A DNA stretch of 64,000 bases, from contig OZ024740.1 of NCBI GenBank assembly GCA_964016885.1, positions 369,272,001 through 369,336,000 of the forward strand. The letters are read 5' to 3'. Positions 24,375 to 37,949 of the stretch are shown one piece after another. A model generated the notes under the pieces. It searched no databases. It was not told where the DNA came from and was given only the letters and a program-made list of their open reading frames with translations. A program made the position numbers and the translations under genes. The stretch is from Eledone cirrhosa (lineage: Eukaryota). The stretch's first letter is position 1; each line of letters begins with the position of its first letter.

Positions 24375-24439
24375 GTTTTATCTGATGAGGACGTACTCTT
24401 GAAGTTAACTCAGTACCTCTGAAATATGTATAATAAAAT
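24375..24439 (+). ncRNA. Type I hammerhead ribozyme motif
   Basis: gttttat-CTGATGA-gg.cGTACT...AGTACctct-GAAAT-atgt-ATA-ataaaat; 7-bp stem I; about 50 bp upstream of (TA)n. Confidence 0.65.
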
Positions 24440-25496
24440 ATATTTGGTCACAAGAATATCTATTTTGTTAATACTTAGAATTAATATTATGTATATATAT
24501 ATATATATTTGTGTGGATGTAGCTTTGTGTATTGTGTATGCATACCACGAAATATATAGACTCAGTAATTTCATAATTCTCTTCTTCACACGGTCAGAAT
24601 ATAAGAACATCGAGATATATTATTAACAAATTGGGTATTCTGTGGTGAATATACTGTCTTTATATAAGAATATACCTTAATATATGGTTCTAGTGAAAGG
24701 GAAGTTTTGAAGTGCTTTGGGATTTTATTTTCTTAGTGGTGATGTGTTTGATGTTGTTTCGGTGCAGAATTTTGTATGTTTTTTTCTTTACTTTCTATGT
24801 TTTCAGTGGATGCCCTCCGGCATATTGCCTGGCATATATCAGGTAATTATTTCCGTTATAAATATTTTTGGATCAAATTGTTATGTTGACAATCTGTTTG
24901 GTTATGAGAATGGTTTGATATAGTAGATTGTTTTCTGTTTAGAGAGGTTGCATGCAAACGTCATTGTTTCGGAATGGTAATGTGATCACTATCGAGATTT
25001 CATTTGACGTTCCTGAAATTGTTGTCATAATTAATGTTGGTAAGTATATGAAAATGATCTAGTCAATTTGGCTGCAGAAATTTTGTAAGAAATGGATTCA
25101 TTGTTTCAAAAAACATCATTATACCTCATCGGTTACTACACGTGTATTATGCTTTTACATCATATAAATGCGAGAGATTTTAGAAGATCATATTGAATAA
25201 TTGGAGGTTCAATTGGAAAGACAAGAATTCCAAATGTCTTTGTGCGACACACACACATAAGCTTATACACAGGAAAAATAAGAGACACACATGAGTACAC
25301 ACATGTTTACATACACAGATACACACACCTCCGTGTGTGTATTGAACAAGGAAAATATGACAAAAGAAATATGTTCATTAATATTTAGAAATAACAGTCA
25401 TATGTACATTTAAAAGCAACCTCACAAAAATTTAAATACATTCATACACACATAGGAGAACAGATCAACTCCGAGGGACAGTGTGTTGATCACATT

Positions 25497-25514
25497 TTCT
25501 CTCTCTCTCTCTTA

Positions 25515-25577
<63 letters not shown>

Positions 25578-25690
25578 GCTCTCTCTCTCTCTCTTCCTTT
25601 CTCTCACTCTCTATCTCTATCTATCTCGTTATATCTATATATTTCTCTATCCATCTATGTATCTTTCTATCTACCTATCTTTATATATAT
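25497..25690. repeat. (CT)n/(CTAT)n low-complexity tract
   Basis: Directly visible. Confidence 0.9.
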
Positions 25691-26663
25691 AACATACGTT
25701 CAAAATATTTTTATAGTTTCATCAAATGAAACGAATAATTACAATATTACGAAATAAAGTAAATAAAAGGATCAAGATTTTTGTAAAGGATAAATAAAGG
25801 ATGAAGGGAAATAACTACGGCTCAAGGTTATGTTAGAAATATATCATATTACATTATTAAAAAAAAAACAAATCTATAGGATTACTACATTTATGTATAC
25901 AGAGCCAATAACAAGCATGTTGAGGGAATATAACTATATCCAAATGTAAATGCATACATATATACACATAACTAAATATAGAAACACGCAAATTTATAAA
26001 TATATATCTATATATATATTCATATACACACTCACGCACCATTTACCCAAATGGATATGTTTTTAACAAAGCATCTGAAACAGTTTCAGCTTCTAAACAT
26101 AAACTGTATAAATATTTGCTGTATTAAAGCTCTTTGTATTTTAAGAGATAGTACGATTCTATAAATCAAGAGTATGCAAATGGTATAAGCCATGATGCTG
26201 TAGTTCAGAACAACCACATTTATACTTAGTTATATATATAATATGCTACCCATCATTATTCTACTCGGAACACTGCCACCAAATCGGAACCGTAGATAGT
26301 GAATCCCGGTCCAGGTATCTCAATTATTTTACCCACACGAAGTCGACTTCCTCACTTATTAACGTATGACTGCACTCTAACCAATTCGATTTGAATTTTG
26401 ATAACACGAACTTAATTGCTTATTGAGTGAGTGAGGAAACGACTGAAGCTAAGTCCAATTAATTTAACTCACCGGGTACTATACCGCAATTACATTTTAA
26501 GTTTAATTTCTCAATCTGTTTTTCTAGTTCGATTTATTATCTTACCCTCCTGGAATCGACTGCCACCTGATTAACCTATGTGGGAACACTAGCCATTTGA
26601 TTATTGAGTGGGTGCGGAAAAGACGAAAAGCTATATGAATTATATTCGACAAGCTTCATCTCT

Positions 26664-26721
<58 letters not shown>

Positions 26722-27072
26722 ATAGAAAGGAGAGTTTGTTTGTTGGTTTCTTCGTACATCACACACACACACGAAAACTGACGATCGAAAAGTAAATTCA
26801 CTAATTGAATAAGACTATACCAAGAAACGTTTATTGATCCTCATTTTATAACATAAAATAATAAAGAAAACATCCCGGGTATGCTAACTAATCCAATTGC
26901 TATTTCTAGCAGGCTGGGAGACAGCTATAAACGATGCTCTCTGCGTTGTTAGCGATTCTGGTGGTTCGCGAGCACCGTGAATTGGAACGCTAGTTTACAC
27001 ATACAGACTCACACAAAAAGCACACACATACACACTCACACACGCACATGCACCCCCCACCCTCACATCCCC

Positions 27073-27101
<29 letters not shown>

Positions 27102-27107
<6 letters not shown>

Positions 27108-27604
27108 CTTATATTTAGGTATCAGCCGTACTAAGAGTGAGAAATGAAATTTCGTTTCATTCTTTTCCATTTATCGTTTTCGGTGCGCCCGGCCGACTAA
27201 CTCACTCGATATGCAAATTAGGCTGCTCAGCCGTTAATATGCATAAGGAAAGTATATATATTCAGACGTTCAACCATCTGACAGAAAGGTTTACGATGCT
27301 GACGATAGCTAATAAGCTTGAAACTAGTACATCGTTCCTGTGACAGTATTGAACAAAAGGGCGACGATGGTTGCCTGAGCACTGTACGGCGTAATTCGGG
27401 CTGTTTATTTACAAAGAAACCGAGCATTTTAATAAATGTTCGGTAGATCCATACGTACATATATATATATGCGTGCATGTATGTATATATATATACATAC
27501 TACTGTACGTATGTACACATATATGTATGTACGTATACATACATATATTTAGGTATCAACCGTACTAAGAGTGAGAAATGAAATTTCCTTTCATTCTTTT
27601 CCAT
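27102..27604 (+). mobile_element. Second copy of the hammerhead-bearing non-autonomous element (period 434, about 1.15 units)
   Basis: atatttaggtatca.ccgtactaagagtgagaaatgaaatttc at 27111 and 27545; same 3' end (ttccat) as 18985; TA repeats on both sides. Confidence 0.88.
27293..27335 (+). ncRNA. Minimal type I hammerhead ribozyme
   Basis: acgatg-CTGACGA-tAGCTaataAGCTt-GAAA-CTAG-TA-catcgt; perfect 6-bp stem I. Confidence 0.88.
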
Positions 27605-27647
27605 GTATATATATAGATATATATATAAAATAGAGAGTAACATGTGC

Positions 27648-27930
27648 TTACGCCGAATTTGATTACATAGAATTATAGAATTAGTCTGTTAGTTGGGATT
27701 TAAAAAAAAACTCTTGAAAAATCCATTGACGTACATAGGAGAGGTACCGACATCTTTGGTGTGGCAAACCAAAGATGTGGGTTCGTGTCCCATCGACGTC
27801 AATATTCATCATTTTATCCATTTGGAGGGTTTTTAAAATCCCAACTAAGAGAGTAATTCTATGTAGTCAAATACACCGTAATTTCGAATTAACTAGCCGC
27901 CTGTAAACAAAGCCTGCTTTGTTTCCCCCT
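27648..27930 (+). mobile_element. tRNA-derived SINE-like fragment with imperfect fold-back (27648-27760 / 27768-27881)
   Basis: acatctttggt-gtggcaa-accaaagatgt apex; ttagttgggattt / aaatcccaactaa; B-box-like ggttcgtgtcc at 27780. Confidence 0.65.
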
Positions 27931-27955
27931 ATATATATATATATGTATATATACA

Positions 27956-28013
<58 letters not shown>

Positions 28014-28042
28014 TAAAACCACAGACCCTCCATCTCAACTCA

Positions 28043-28080
28043 CCTTTTGAAAAGCAGAAGAACTGCGAAACCGGTAAAGG
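28043..28080 (+). ncRNA. Hammerhead motif with U3-A8 variant core
   Basis: cctt-TTGAAAA-GCAGaagaaCTGC-GAAA-CCGG-TA-aagg, then aataaa; lies within a ~200-bp insert between (TA)n tracts. Confidence 0.7.
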
Positions 28081-28211
28081 AACCAAATAAATATGTATAT
28101 TTAAAAAAAAAAATAAGACTCCAGTTGCATTTTCGATTTCATCTCTTTTTCTTTATACTTTCACTCGTGTAGGACACCTCGGTTATTTTTAATTTTGTAA
28201 AAAAACCTCAC

Positions 28212-28267
<56 letters not shown>

Positions 28268-28290
28268 TTGTATATATATATATATATATG

Positions 28291-28413
<123 letters not shown>

Positions 28414-28446
28414 TGTTTGTGTGTGTGTGCGTGTGAAAAAGTAAAC

Positions 28447-28627
28447 AGAAATAACAAGGGCAATGGATACAGTACTTTAAATATATATATTACTTATTAA
28501 TTATTAGTTTTACGCTTGATAAATGATACTGTGTCAATTGCCTTTTTTATTTCTGTTTACTTTTTCACACACACATACACACACACACACATACAGACGC
28601 ACACACACACACACAAAAACCACACAA

Positions 28628-28716
<89 letters not shown>

Positions 28717-29248
28717 GATAATAATAATGAAAATCTTGTGTACAGTGCTCAGGTGCACTACGACTCATCAAAAGTGTATGTATAGTACATAAGATAATGT
28801 ATAAACGTCAGGAAAATGAACAGCGAGTGAGTCATGATATACACATGTGTGCATGTGTATGGAAGGGGTACATCAGGTGTAGTTTTGGCGAATGTCGAGA
28901 AGCATGAGGGTTTTAAAGGATGCAGTGTCTCGGCAGCTAACAACAGCATGGAACAAACTGCCTGCGTCAGTTGTTAGCTGCCGAGACACTGCATTCTTTA
29001 AAACCCTCATGCTTCCCCACATTCGCCAAAACTACACCTGATGTACCCCTTCCATACACATGCACACGTGTATATCAGGACTCATGCACTGTTCATTTTC
29101 CTGACGTTTGCACATTATCTTATGTACTATACATACACTTTTGATGAGTCGCAGTGAAGCTGAGCATTGTACACAATATTTTCATTATTATTATCATTAT
29201 TATATATATATATTTATATATATATGTGCGTGTGTGTGTGTGCGTGTG

Positions 29249-29285
<37 letters not shown>

Positions 29286-29427
29286 CGTGTGTGTGTGTAT
29301 GTGTGTGAAAAAGTAAGCAGAAATAAAAAAGGCAATTGACACAGTATCATTTATCAAGCGTAAAACTATTAATTAATAAGTAATATATATCTTTAGTGTA
29401 CTCTATCGATTGCCTTTTTAATTTCTA
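28447..29427. repeat. ~1-kb palindrome (arms 28447-28944 / 28970-29427)
   Basis: Arms are reverse-complementary around a 25-nt loop and include the LINE tail, microsatellites and flank. Confidence 0.92.
28945..29201 (+). mobile_element. CR1-like LINE 3' end
   Basis: AWNKLPASVVSCRDTAFFKTLM.. resembles the CR1/L2 ORF2 C-terminal WNxLPxxVV...FK motif; (TTA)-type tail. Confidence 0.65.
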
Positions 29428-29430
29428 GAT

Positions 29431-29544
29431 CTCAAACCGTTACGACGAATATTTCTGGACCAAATTAGAATTTTTAGCGAGGTAACAAATAGCCGGATAT
29501 AGCCGTCGAAACGGCTTGAGCTCTGCCGTCGGGGTTAAACATGT

Positions 29545-29547
<3 letters not shown>
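29431..29547 (+). mobile_element. Second, diverged fold-back copy of the 21741 family
   Basis: ctcaaaccgttacgacgaatatttctggac ... gccggatatagccgtcgaaacggcttgagctc, then (TA)n. Confidence 0.65.
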
Positions 29548-29621
<74 letters not shown>

Positions 29622-29691
29622 TAAATATATAGATAGACTGAATAAAAAAGTGCGTAGACATACAACACAACGGGAGGAAAAAATACAACAC

Positions 29692-29729
29692 CACTGACGA
29701 TGTTGCAGATGTGCAACGAAAGATTTATG
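29692..29729 (+). ncRNA. Hammerhead motif with eroded stem I
   Basis: ca-CTGACGA-t-GTTGCAgatgTGCAAC-GAAA-GATT-TA-tg; perfect 6-bp stem II. Confidence 0.6.
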
Positions 29730-29935
29730 TAAATTATGTAAACTATATATATGTGTTCGTGTCTATATTGTATCTGTATTATTTTTGACCGTCGGTCAGT
29801 CAATGGCAACATTGAGGACCGATTAAGTTAGATCGCAGATATAAAAGACAGCGAGAAGCGAAAACAAACCAAACAGTGAGTGTGTTCTGTTATTAATTCT
29901 GGCAATATTACACAAATACAACCCTCCCCAAGTAT

Positions 29936-29979
<44 letters not shown>

Positions 29980-29982
<3 letters not shown>

Positions 29983-31816
29983 ACATGTAATATTGAACAC
30001 CGGCACTGACTTCAGTGTACAGCTATTGTCAGCATGGGATTAACTGATCTACTTACCATTCGGATTTTGGCTGCTCTGAGCCTTATCTACCGCCACCTGA
30101 TACTACTTCCTTATCGGAATGATTCTGATTCCGACAAAACTCTACGTATTTTACTAAAACATGTATTGTATTGACTGAATTCTCTACTCTATACTTCAGG
30201 ACATTTTGTGACTCGCACTGAATTTGGAGACCCTAACTTTACACTAGGTACAACCTGTTACCATTCCATCATCCTCTATATCTATATCTATATGTACAAC
30301 TTGTATTATCTTACTACAACCTGATCGATATTGATTCTTATTTACCTTTATTATTTTTTTTATTATTCCATTAATTATATTTTTTATTTTTTTATTAATG
30401 TATTTTTATCAATGTATTCTATCTTTATATTGGTATTTTATCTCTGTATGCGGCTTTTATTATTTTTTTGTAACTTTTCCTCACTCGGGTCATTATGCAC
30501 CTTCCAAAGCCCCTACCCACCTAAGAACCACATTACTCATAACCCGGACTAACTGGGACTTCAAAATAATTTTGGTCTATTTGCACTTTTCATTGTGTGC
30601 TTGTGTGGTGGCTCTTTCCCGGCTGCGCGTTGGGCACTCGGAGAGTTTAGCCTTCCTTGTGTGCTCGGAAAAATAAATTTCTCCTCTTTCGGTAAACGAA
30701 ATTATTCGGAGCGAATTGCTTTGCCCCGGTCCCACCGCGCCGCCTGTTTTGGCCGCCACATTATACTTGTACCTACAAACTCCAGGTTTATGCATAACTA
30801 TTAGCTGTATCGTGCCTCTTCCGGCACGTAAATAAACCCCTCATGTGGGATTTAATAGTATTCGTTTGGTATAGCTAGCGCTCACGGAGCCTAGTGTAGC
30901 TACGTTCCTAGAGTACTCGGAAAGTTAATTTCCATTTCTTTCCCTGGACAATACCACTCGAGACTGGCTGACTCATGGTGGGGCGTGTGCTGGTTGGGAG
31001 TCCCAAAAGAAATCTTTACTCTATATCCCATCCCAATATCTTATCAAGATAACATTTTTCATGAATTTTTTTCATATAAGATTCTCTCCGTAAGTTCATT
31101 AAAGAAATAAATCTCGCTACCTTAATCTTTAATTCTCTAATAACTTTTTCTTCAATTTATCATTTTGCAATTTAATATTTTTAATTTAATTTAATTTCAT
31201 CCTAAAACTCGCAACATAAGTTTAACGTTCCAATCTTCGGTGCACACATTAGACCATACAGACACCCTTTACAGATTCTTTAGGTTACCATTTTTTCGCG
31301 GCATTTCTAGCATGAATGTAATATGACCCTCACACTACACTTCTTTCTCCCTTTCTTTCTTTCTTCCCTTCTACTTTGACAGAGTGGTGGTAGTGCGTTA
31401 TAAGCCTTCGCCCCCTCACCAGATATTCATTAGTAGCTTCCGTTGCCAACACTTTGAGGGCGACTGGCCGAGCAGCTAGTTGGTAAGTCGTCCTCTCTGT
31501 CTCTGTCTCTGATTTTTCGGACCCATGGTTTTTTACATATTCCTTTGTTATATTCCAATACCTGATGATATCACCGGTCCATATGGAACCCGGTCATTGA
31601 AATGATCATAGTATAATAAACCTTTCAATGATTTATACCAGTCCAGCCTCCTGTTATTTTATTTCATTTATAATTAACTCCGTATTCGCACCACCTACTA
31701 CACAAACGAAGATGGGTGAACTGCACCGCTTTGAGTACTCTTCACAATATTACTCCAGGATTGACCATACGGAATGACCAGTTCTATCCAGTGCTGAACC
31801 AACAAACCTATAGTAA

Positions 31817-31818
<2 letters not shown>
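29980..31818 (+). mobile_element. 1.8-kb non-coding insert between (TA)n tracts ending in a pLTR-like hammerhead/aataaa module
   Basis: Bounded by (TA)n; hammerhead at 31558 followed immediately by aataaa; no recognisable ORF; left boundary uncertain. Confidence 0.5.
31558..31614 (+). ncRNA. Type I hammerhead ribozyme
   Basis: atac-CTGATGA-tatcACCGGTCCAtaTGGAacCCGGTcatt-GAAA-TGATCA-TA-gtat; palindromic stem III. Confidence 0.8.
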
Positions 31819-31886
<68 letters not shown>

Positions 31887-34800
31887 GAAATACTGTTGGC
31901 TTCACGCTCACAATAATTTCTAAACTTTCATTTATATATATATATATTTGTTTAAAATCAACTGAGTGTATTTGTTGGAAATGAGGCGAAAATGTCGGAT
32001 TCTGCTGGAATTCGTTTATGACACTACAATATGAATTTACTACGAGAAATATATCAGCTGTAATAAAGAAAACGAAAAACAAACACTGTGCACTGATAAT
32101 ATATGAGTGTATATGGCTGAAACACCTCATATAGAAATTTTTTTTTCTAGCGGTCGATGTGGAAAAGAGCTAGGCAATAAATTAAGAAAACAAAAGCTTG
32201 AATAAGTATAAGTATTCGTATTTTATATAGTATGTTAAACATATTTCTTGATAATCCTCGAAATACTTATATGGGAGTAAAATTAATGACTGGAAACAAA
32301 GTAATCTGTTCGGTAATGTTTAGAGATACCAGTGAATTCTAAGAGATATTTATGCTTAAAAGCAATCTCGCAAAAATTTATATAAATTCTTGGAGAACAG
32401 ACAAACAGATTTTACTCTCGAAACAATGTATTGTGTTTCCATTCATATCCCAACAAGGATGAGAAGATCGTCCTGCCAGTTGTGTGAATATACCCTCCAT
32501 TCAGAGAGGCAGGGTTTGCATGTGTAATTTTCTGGGCTTGGGAAAGAGAGAAGATATTACTAAGATATCTAGTGATATATTACATTTTCTTTAGGTTAAC
32601 ATTTCCTGAATGTTACATTGGATGTGAGTTTTTTGATCTTCTAAATAAACGTAACAACAACAAAATACAACGAACCCAAACTTCTTTGCAACACACACGT
32701 ACATACAAATGTGTGCGTATGCGTGTGTGTGGAGGGGGGGGGGGGCATGTGTGTTGGTGTGTGTGTGTGCGTGCATATGTCTATGCGCGTGTGTCCTCAC
32801 AAAGGAACCGAATTTCCTTTAGTTTCCACCGAACTTGTGACTTGCCTACACACATGTTCGGCAGCTTCGTCAAATTGTTCTATGTTATACCAATTAACTA
32901 AAATATTCTAAATAATATAGATTTTATTTCATTGATGTGTTAACCTGTGCTACCTTTGATCTAATTAAGTTCTGTTTCAGAACAACAATTTGACGTAAGC
33001 ATGCATAGTGCATATTAATAAAAGAAATTGATTAATATTTCATTATTCTTTTTACTTGAAAAGTTTATTTCAGTGACAATTTCACTCCGGTGCGGCCTTG
33101 TTACTGTTTTCAATTAGTAGTGCCAATTAATTATGCCAATTATGCCCTTAGGGTATTTAAGATTCTCATCAATTCAATATACCGTAAAAAATGTAAGAAT
33201 TGAAATAAGTATACATTTATATATGGTAATGATTTGGCAGAATTGTTAAAGGTACTCATAGATTTAGTCCCCACTAATTTTACTTTTGTAGTTAAACTAC
33301 ACATTGATGTTTCACCCATATTAATGTAGTATCTTTTTCATCCTCAAGCCATCGCACAATGATAATATCTATGTTAAAAGGGGTTCTGTCACCCGCGCAT
33401 CATATCTTCCAGAAAGGTTTTGCTCAAATTGTTTTTCCCCATATTTTGGGAGACAGTCTGGTGTGAGGGGTGAGCTTATTCATGCTTTAGCTATTTCGTT
33501 GGATCATGTAGTAGGTATCAATATAATCAGTGTTTGTCACTATAACATGTATTTTGGTTAAAGCAAAGTACCATTATGGCGAATCCTAAACCAATATTTA
33601 GTGGTGTTGAACAACATCACTCATTAGATGTACTCAATAAACTATAGGCTTGGTCTATCACGAATCAATAAAACACATTACCTTCGATGTGCAATTTATA
33701 TTTCATTAATACATCAAAGCTATCTTTAATAAAACATTTTTCCACAATTCTTCGTTTAATATACTTTCTTGTAATAATATATAAAGAAAGTTTTATCAAA
33801 TTTTGCAAAGAGCAGGTTTATAATTTAAGATAAGTTGATTTGAGTCATTGTCAACTTTCTGTTCTCATTCATCTTTGAAGTTGTTTTTGGTCACTCATAT
33901 CACATATGAACATAGGAGACGCGTTAATGTGACAAAGTTGGTTTTCTCCTTGTCTTAACAGAATAAACAAATATGATAATGTATATTTCTGTGACTCCAT
34001 CTAACGAAGTTTCCGGCATATCCATTCAAGAAAACTGTACTAGTTTTCTTGGTAGAAAGTGTGCTCTAATGAACACAACTATAAATTATTTCCACTTTTT
34101 GAACATATACGTTATTGGTCTTGTAAATTAGCAAGGCATCAATATGTAATGAAACTACTAGCACGAGTGGAAGCAAATTAAGTATTATTCGTGTGAATTA
34201 TGTGTGAAAACAACTATTGATTTCCGGTTTAAAGACATCTATTTCTATTCACTTCTACTTCTTTATCCTAATTACAAATACTCTGATTTCTCATATTGTC
34301 ATTTTCTATACTTTACGACAATGAAACCGTTTGTATTCCGATGTAGGAAGAAGGATTGCTTTCTATGAATATATCTAATCATAATTGGCAAGTAGGCTTA
34401 ATGCACCAGGCAATTTAACTCTAGTAAGTGATCCTTGTGTGTTGAAATTGAGGAGCTAGACTTACATAGGTGAACATACTGTATTTTTCTTTCACGCACA
34501 ATCAGCAGATTTGAAAGAAGGTTTATGGGCTCTACAGCTTATCATACAAAATTATAATACATACGGAGAGATATATATCGTAACACAAATGGTAGCAAAA
34601 GTTGTCTTTTCTTTTCAGATATCAATATAATTTATCTAACTAAAAATCTAGAAAGTTAAAATTTATTCCATGAAATGCGCATTCAGAAGTATGCATATAT
34701 TGTTAATTGTTCATTTACTCTATATTATACTTATCACTAAGTAAAATGAAAAGACAAAGAAACATATGTCAGGCTTGCTGGAATTCTCGATGCCGGTGGG

Positions 34801-34963
34801 CAATTATCCACTTATTTCTATTTTTAAAATAACAAAACACTTGTATTATGAATAATTATTTCTAATAGATATAGCATATAAACACAGACAATATGATACG
34901 TATACATACACACACACACACAGAAATATATATAGATATATATATGCGCGTGTGTGTATGTAT

Positions 34964-35190
<227 letters not shown>

Positions 35191-35909
35191 ACATATCAAC
35201 TTTGTTATTTCATTAACTACAGTAGAAATCTATAATTATGGTTGGCTAGCATCATAAATATATCCACGGTCTATATTAATCACTGTACATAATAATATAA
35301 TGATGGATGAATAATCAAGCTTTTAAACTGATTGTAATAGAAAAATAAATATTTTAATAAAAATGTATCAATATGTTTTAATGAAATTCTCCATCGAATA
35401 TGAATATATGAAGTGTAATGGAACGCTATACCGTCAAATTCCAACTATAAATGAACGAAGAGCAATCAACACACCACAAAAGAAACACTGTCTACAAGGA
35501 AATGCTGAATATAGCTATTAAAAATTAATAAGAACATTTGTATGCAAAATATTTTGGCATTAATTCAAAGGAATATAAAGATCAATAGAATTCACAATCT
35601 TTTAGATGATAAACATAACTATAACAACTTTTTTAATGTGTATAGCTCTGAAATTGAAACTCTTATTTCAAGCATTTTCGGAATTGATTTTTTCTAAATT
35701 TTCAAAATATTATCATAAGAAAATCATGTTTTAATTTAAATAGGCTCATTATTAGCAATAATTTTCAGATTAACTTCTAGAGCAATATATTAGGATAACG
35801 AGACTATAATGTGTGAGATAATGACAATGCATTAAACTTATATACATTATCTTATATGTACAAAATCACACACACAGCCAGAAATACACCAGAAATACTT
35901 ACAAGAAAA

Positions 35910-36052
<143 letters not shown>

Positions 36053-36749
36053 TCACCTACCACCCCAACCTAACAATATTTTCCTAACTTTCATGTAATA
36101 ACTGTCATATCCCTACCTGTTCTTTTATTGATTCAATATGAATGAACCATTTCTTGTCGTGTAAAATATCATCTGCTTATGATTTACCAACATATTGACT
36201 ACCTTTTTAATCATGAATTTATCCAGATCCTATCGGGAATACATATATCTATAGAAATATATTATCGCTTACTTGCCGAATTATGTATTTTCTATAACTA
36301 TTTCAATGTAATATTTATTTGTCTGAAGTTTTGTAATTTTTCTCTTATTACATCAGTGAGGAAAAACAATCAAACTAACAAACATGCATATGCATACATA
36401 CATGAGGATTGCAGCGTCTTCACAGACGATTGCTGTCTCTCAATGATTCTTCATTGTCATCCCATCCGTGCCAATAACTTCGTAAATCACTTTGTAGACA
36501 AGCTGTAGATCTGCAGGGTTTACAACACAGGTGGCAGAAGCGAGTTTTGCCTTCCACAGGACCGGGTGGGGTCATCCTGTGGGATACAATCTTATGCACC
36601 GCCATGTGTTTTCTTTAGGCCGGAGCTAGGTCTATACAACTTGGTACATATCAGGCACGTTGTTTTGTTAGGTATTTGTTAATTGTGGTTGCGAGTGGTT
36701 ATCTTTTCATGGGACTTCAGCCGTTAAGAGAAGTACAGGCTGACAGAAT

Positions 36750-37090
36750 TTACATGTCCAACTACTGATGACGTCATCAATACTGTGAGAACAACCCTTC
36801 AGGGGCTGACGTTTCAGTTGTTTATGTTCTAGACAACATTCCTCTAACGTTTTGCAACTGCCCTTTATGCACTATCTCAACTCAGCTCTATTTAGAGCTA
36901 TCTTCCCCCAGTTGTCTATATCAAATGCCAGCTCTTTGCGGTTGATCTTGATGCTGTCCTTGTATAGTTTCGGTTTGTGCTGTGACGGTTTTCCATGATG
37001 AAGCTCACCGTAAGACATGTTACATGAGAATCAATGCTTGGACATTCTGCTTGATAAGGACATGGATGTCAGGAGTTCTGTGTTGGCACG
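36750..37090 (-). mobile_element. Degenerate RTE (BovB-like) C-terminal fragment
   Basis: Minus strand reads YGELHHGKPSQHKPKLYKDSIKINRKELAFDIDNWGKIALNRAELR. Confidence 0.65.
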
Positions 37091-37399
37091 TGATGTTGAA
37101 AATGGGACTTAAATATTTCTGCTGAATTCGATGTGTGCGGAATGGTGCCCAGGTTTCAGCGGAGTATAAAAGAGCAGATATAATACATTATCTATACACA
37201 CACACACCTTGCTATTCATATATACGTACGTACATACATACATACATACATACATGCATACATACATACATACATACATACATACATACATACATACATA
37301 CATAGATACATACATACATACATAGATACATACATACATATATACATATATACATACATTTATACATGCATGCATACGGTCATATATACACACAGACAC

Positions 37400-37760
37400 A
37401 CAGACTTCAGAAACGTAGTATATCTTGGCCCAACAACCTCAATATTTGCATCAGATTAATACCCGTGATTATGTGGGCACTGGGAAATGTTATCAAATGC
37501 CTCAGTATAGAATCTGAAAGTCCACAGCAGGTTAGGAAATTACAAGTACATCCGATTAATTGACCAGTAAAACTATGTAAAAAGAAATTCCACAAATTAT
37601 GCATGTAATAACTGCATGTTCACATGTAGAGATACAAAACATATGCTCATGTGAACATATGACTCAAAGCCTATACATACACACACTCAATAACATCCAA
37701 CCCTGAACACATACGCATGCATGCAGACATGCATACATGTTTACCTAATTACGAAATCGA
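37400..37760 (+). mobile_element. Old 3' fragment of family A after (CATA)n 37230-37380
   Basis: IRLIPVIMWALG..VRKLQVHPIN, and a 3' UTR similar to 6615-6740. Confidence 0.7.
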
Positions 37761-37949
37761 TGATATCAGACATGCGCTGACATAAGAGGGTATTGGTTAC
37801 AATTTGGCTGGGCCACATTAAATCATTCGATTCTCTTACTTACTCTTGGATGATATAGGCCATTTGACCTTTAAAAAATCAGTACTTGTGGTGCAGGCAG
37901 TGAACCCCTTTCCCTTTATGCATAAGAACTATGAATCATATGTTATTGT

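Noticed and set aside
26268-26285. tggtggcag PBS-like motif on the minus strand
   Set aside because: Short match with no adjacent LTR end or gag/pol sequence.
27755-27802. tRNA gene
   Set aside because: Only a T-arm/B-box-like half is present; it lies in a fold-back SINE-like fragment.
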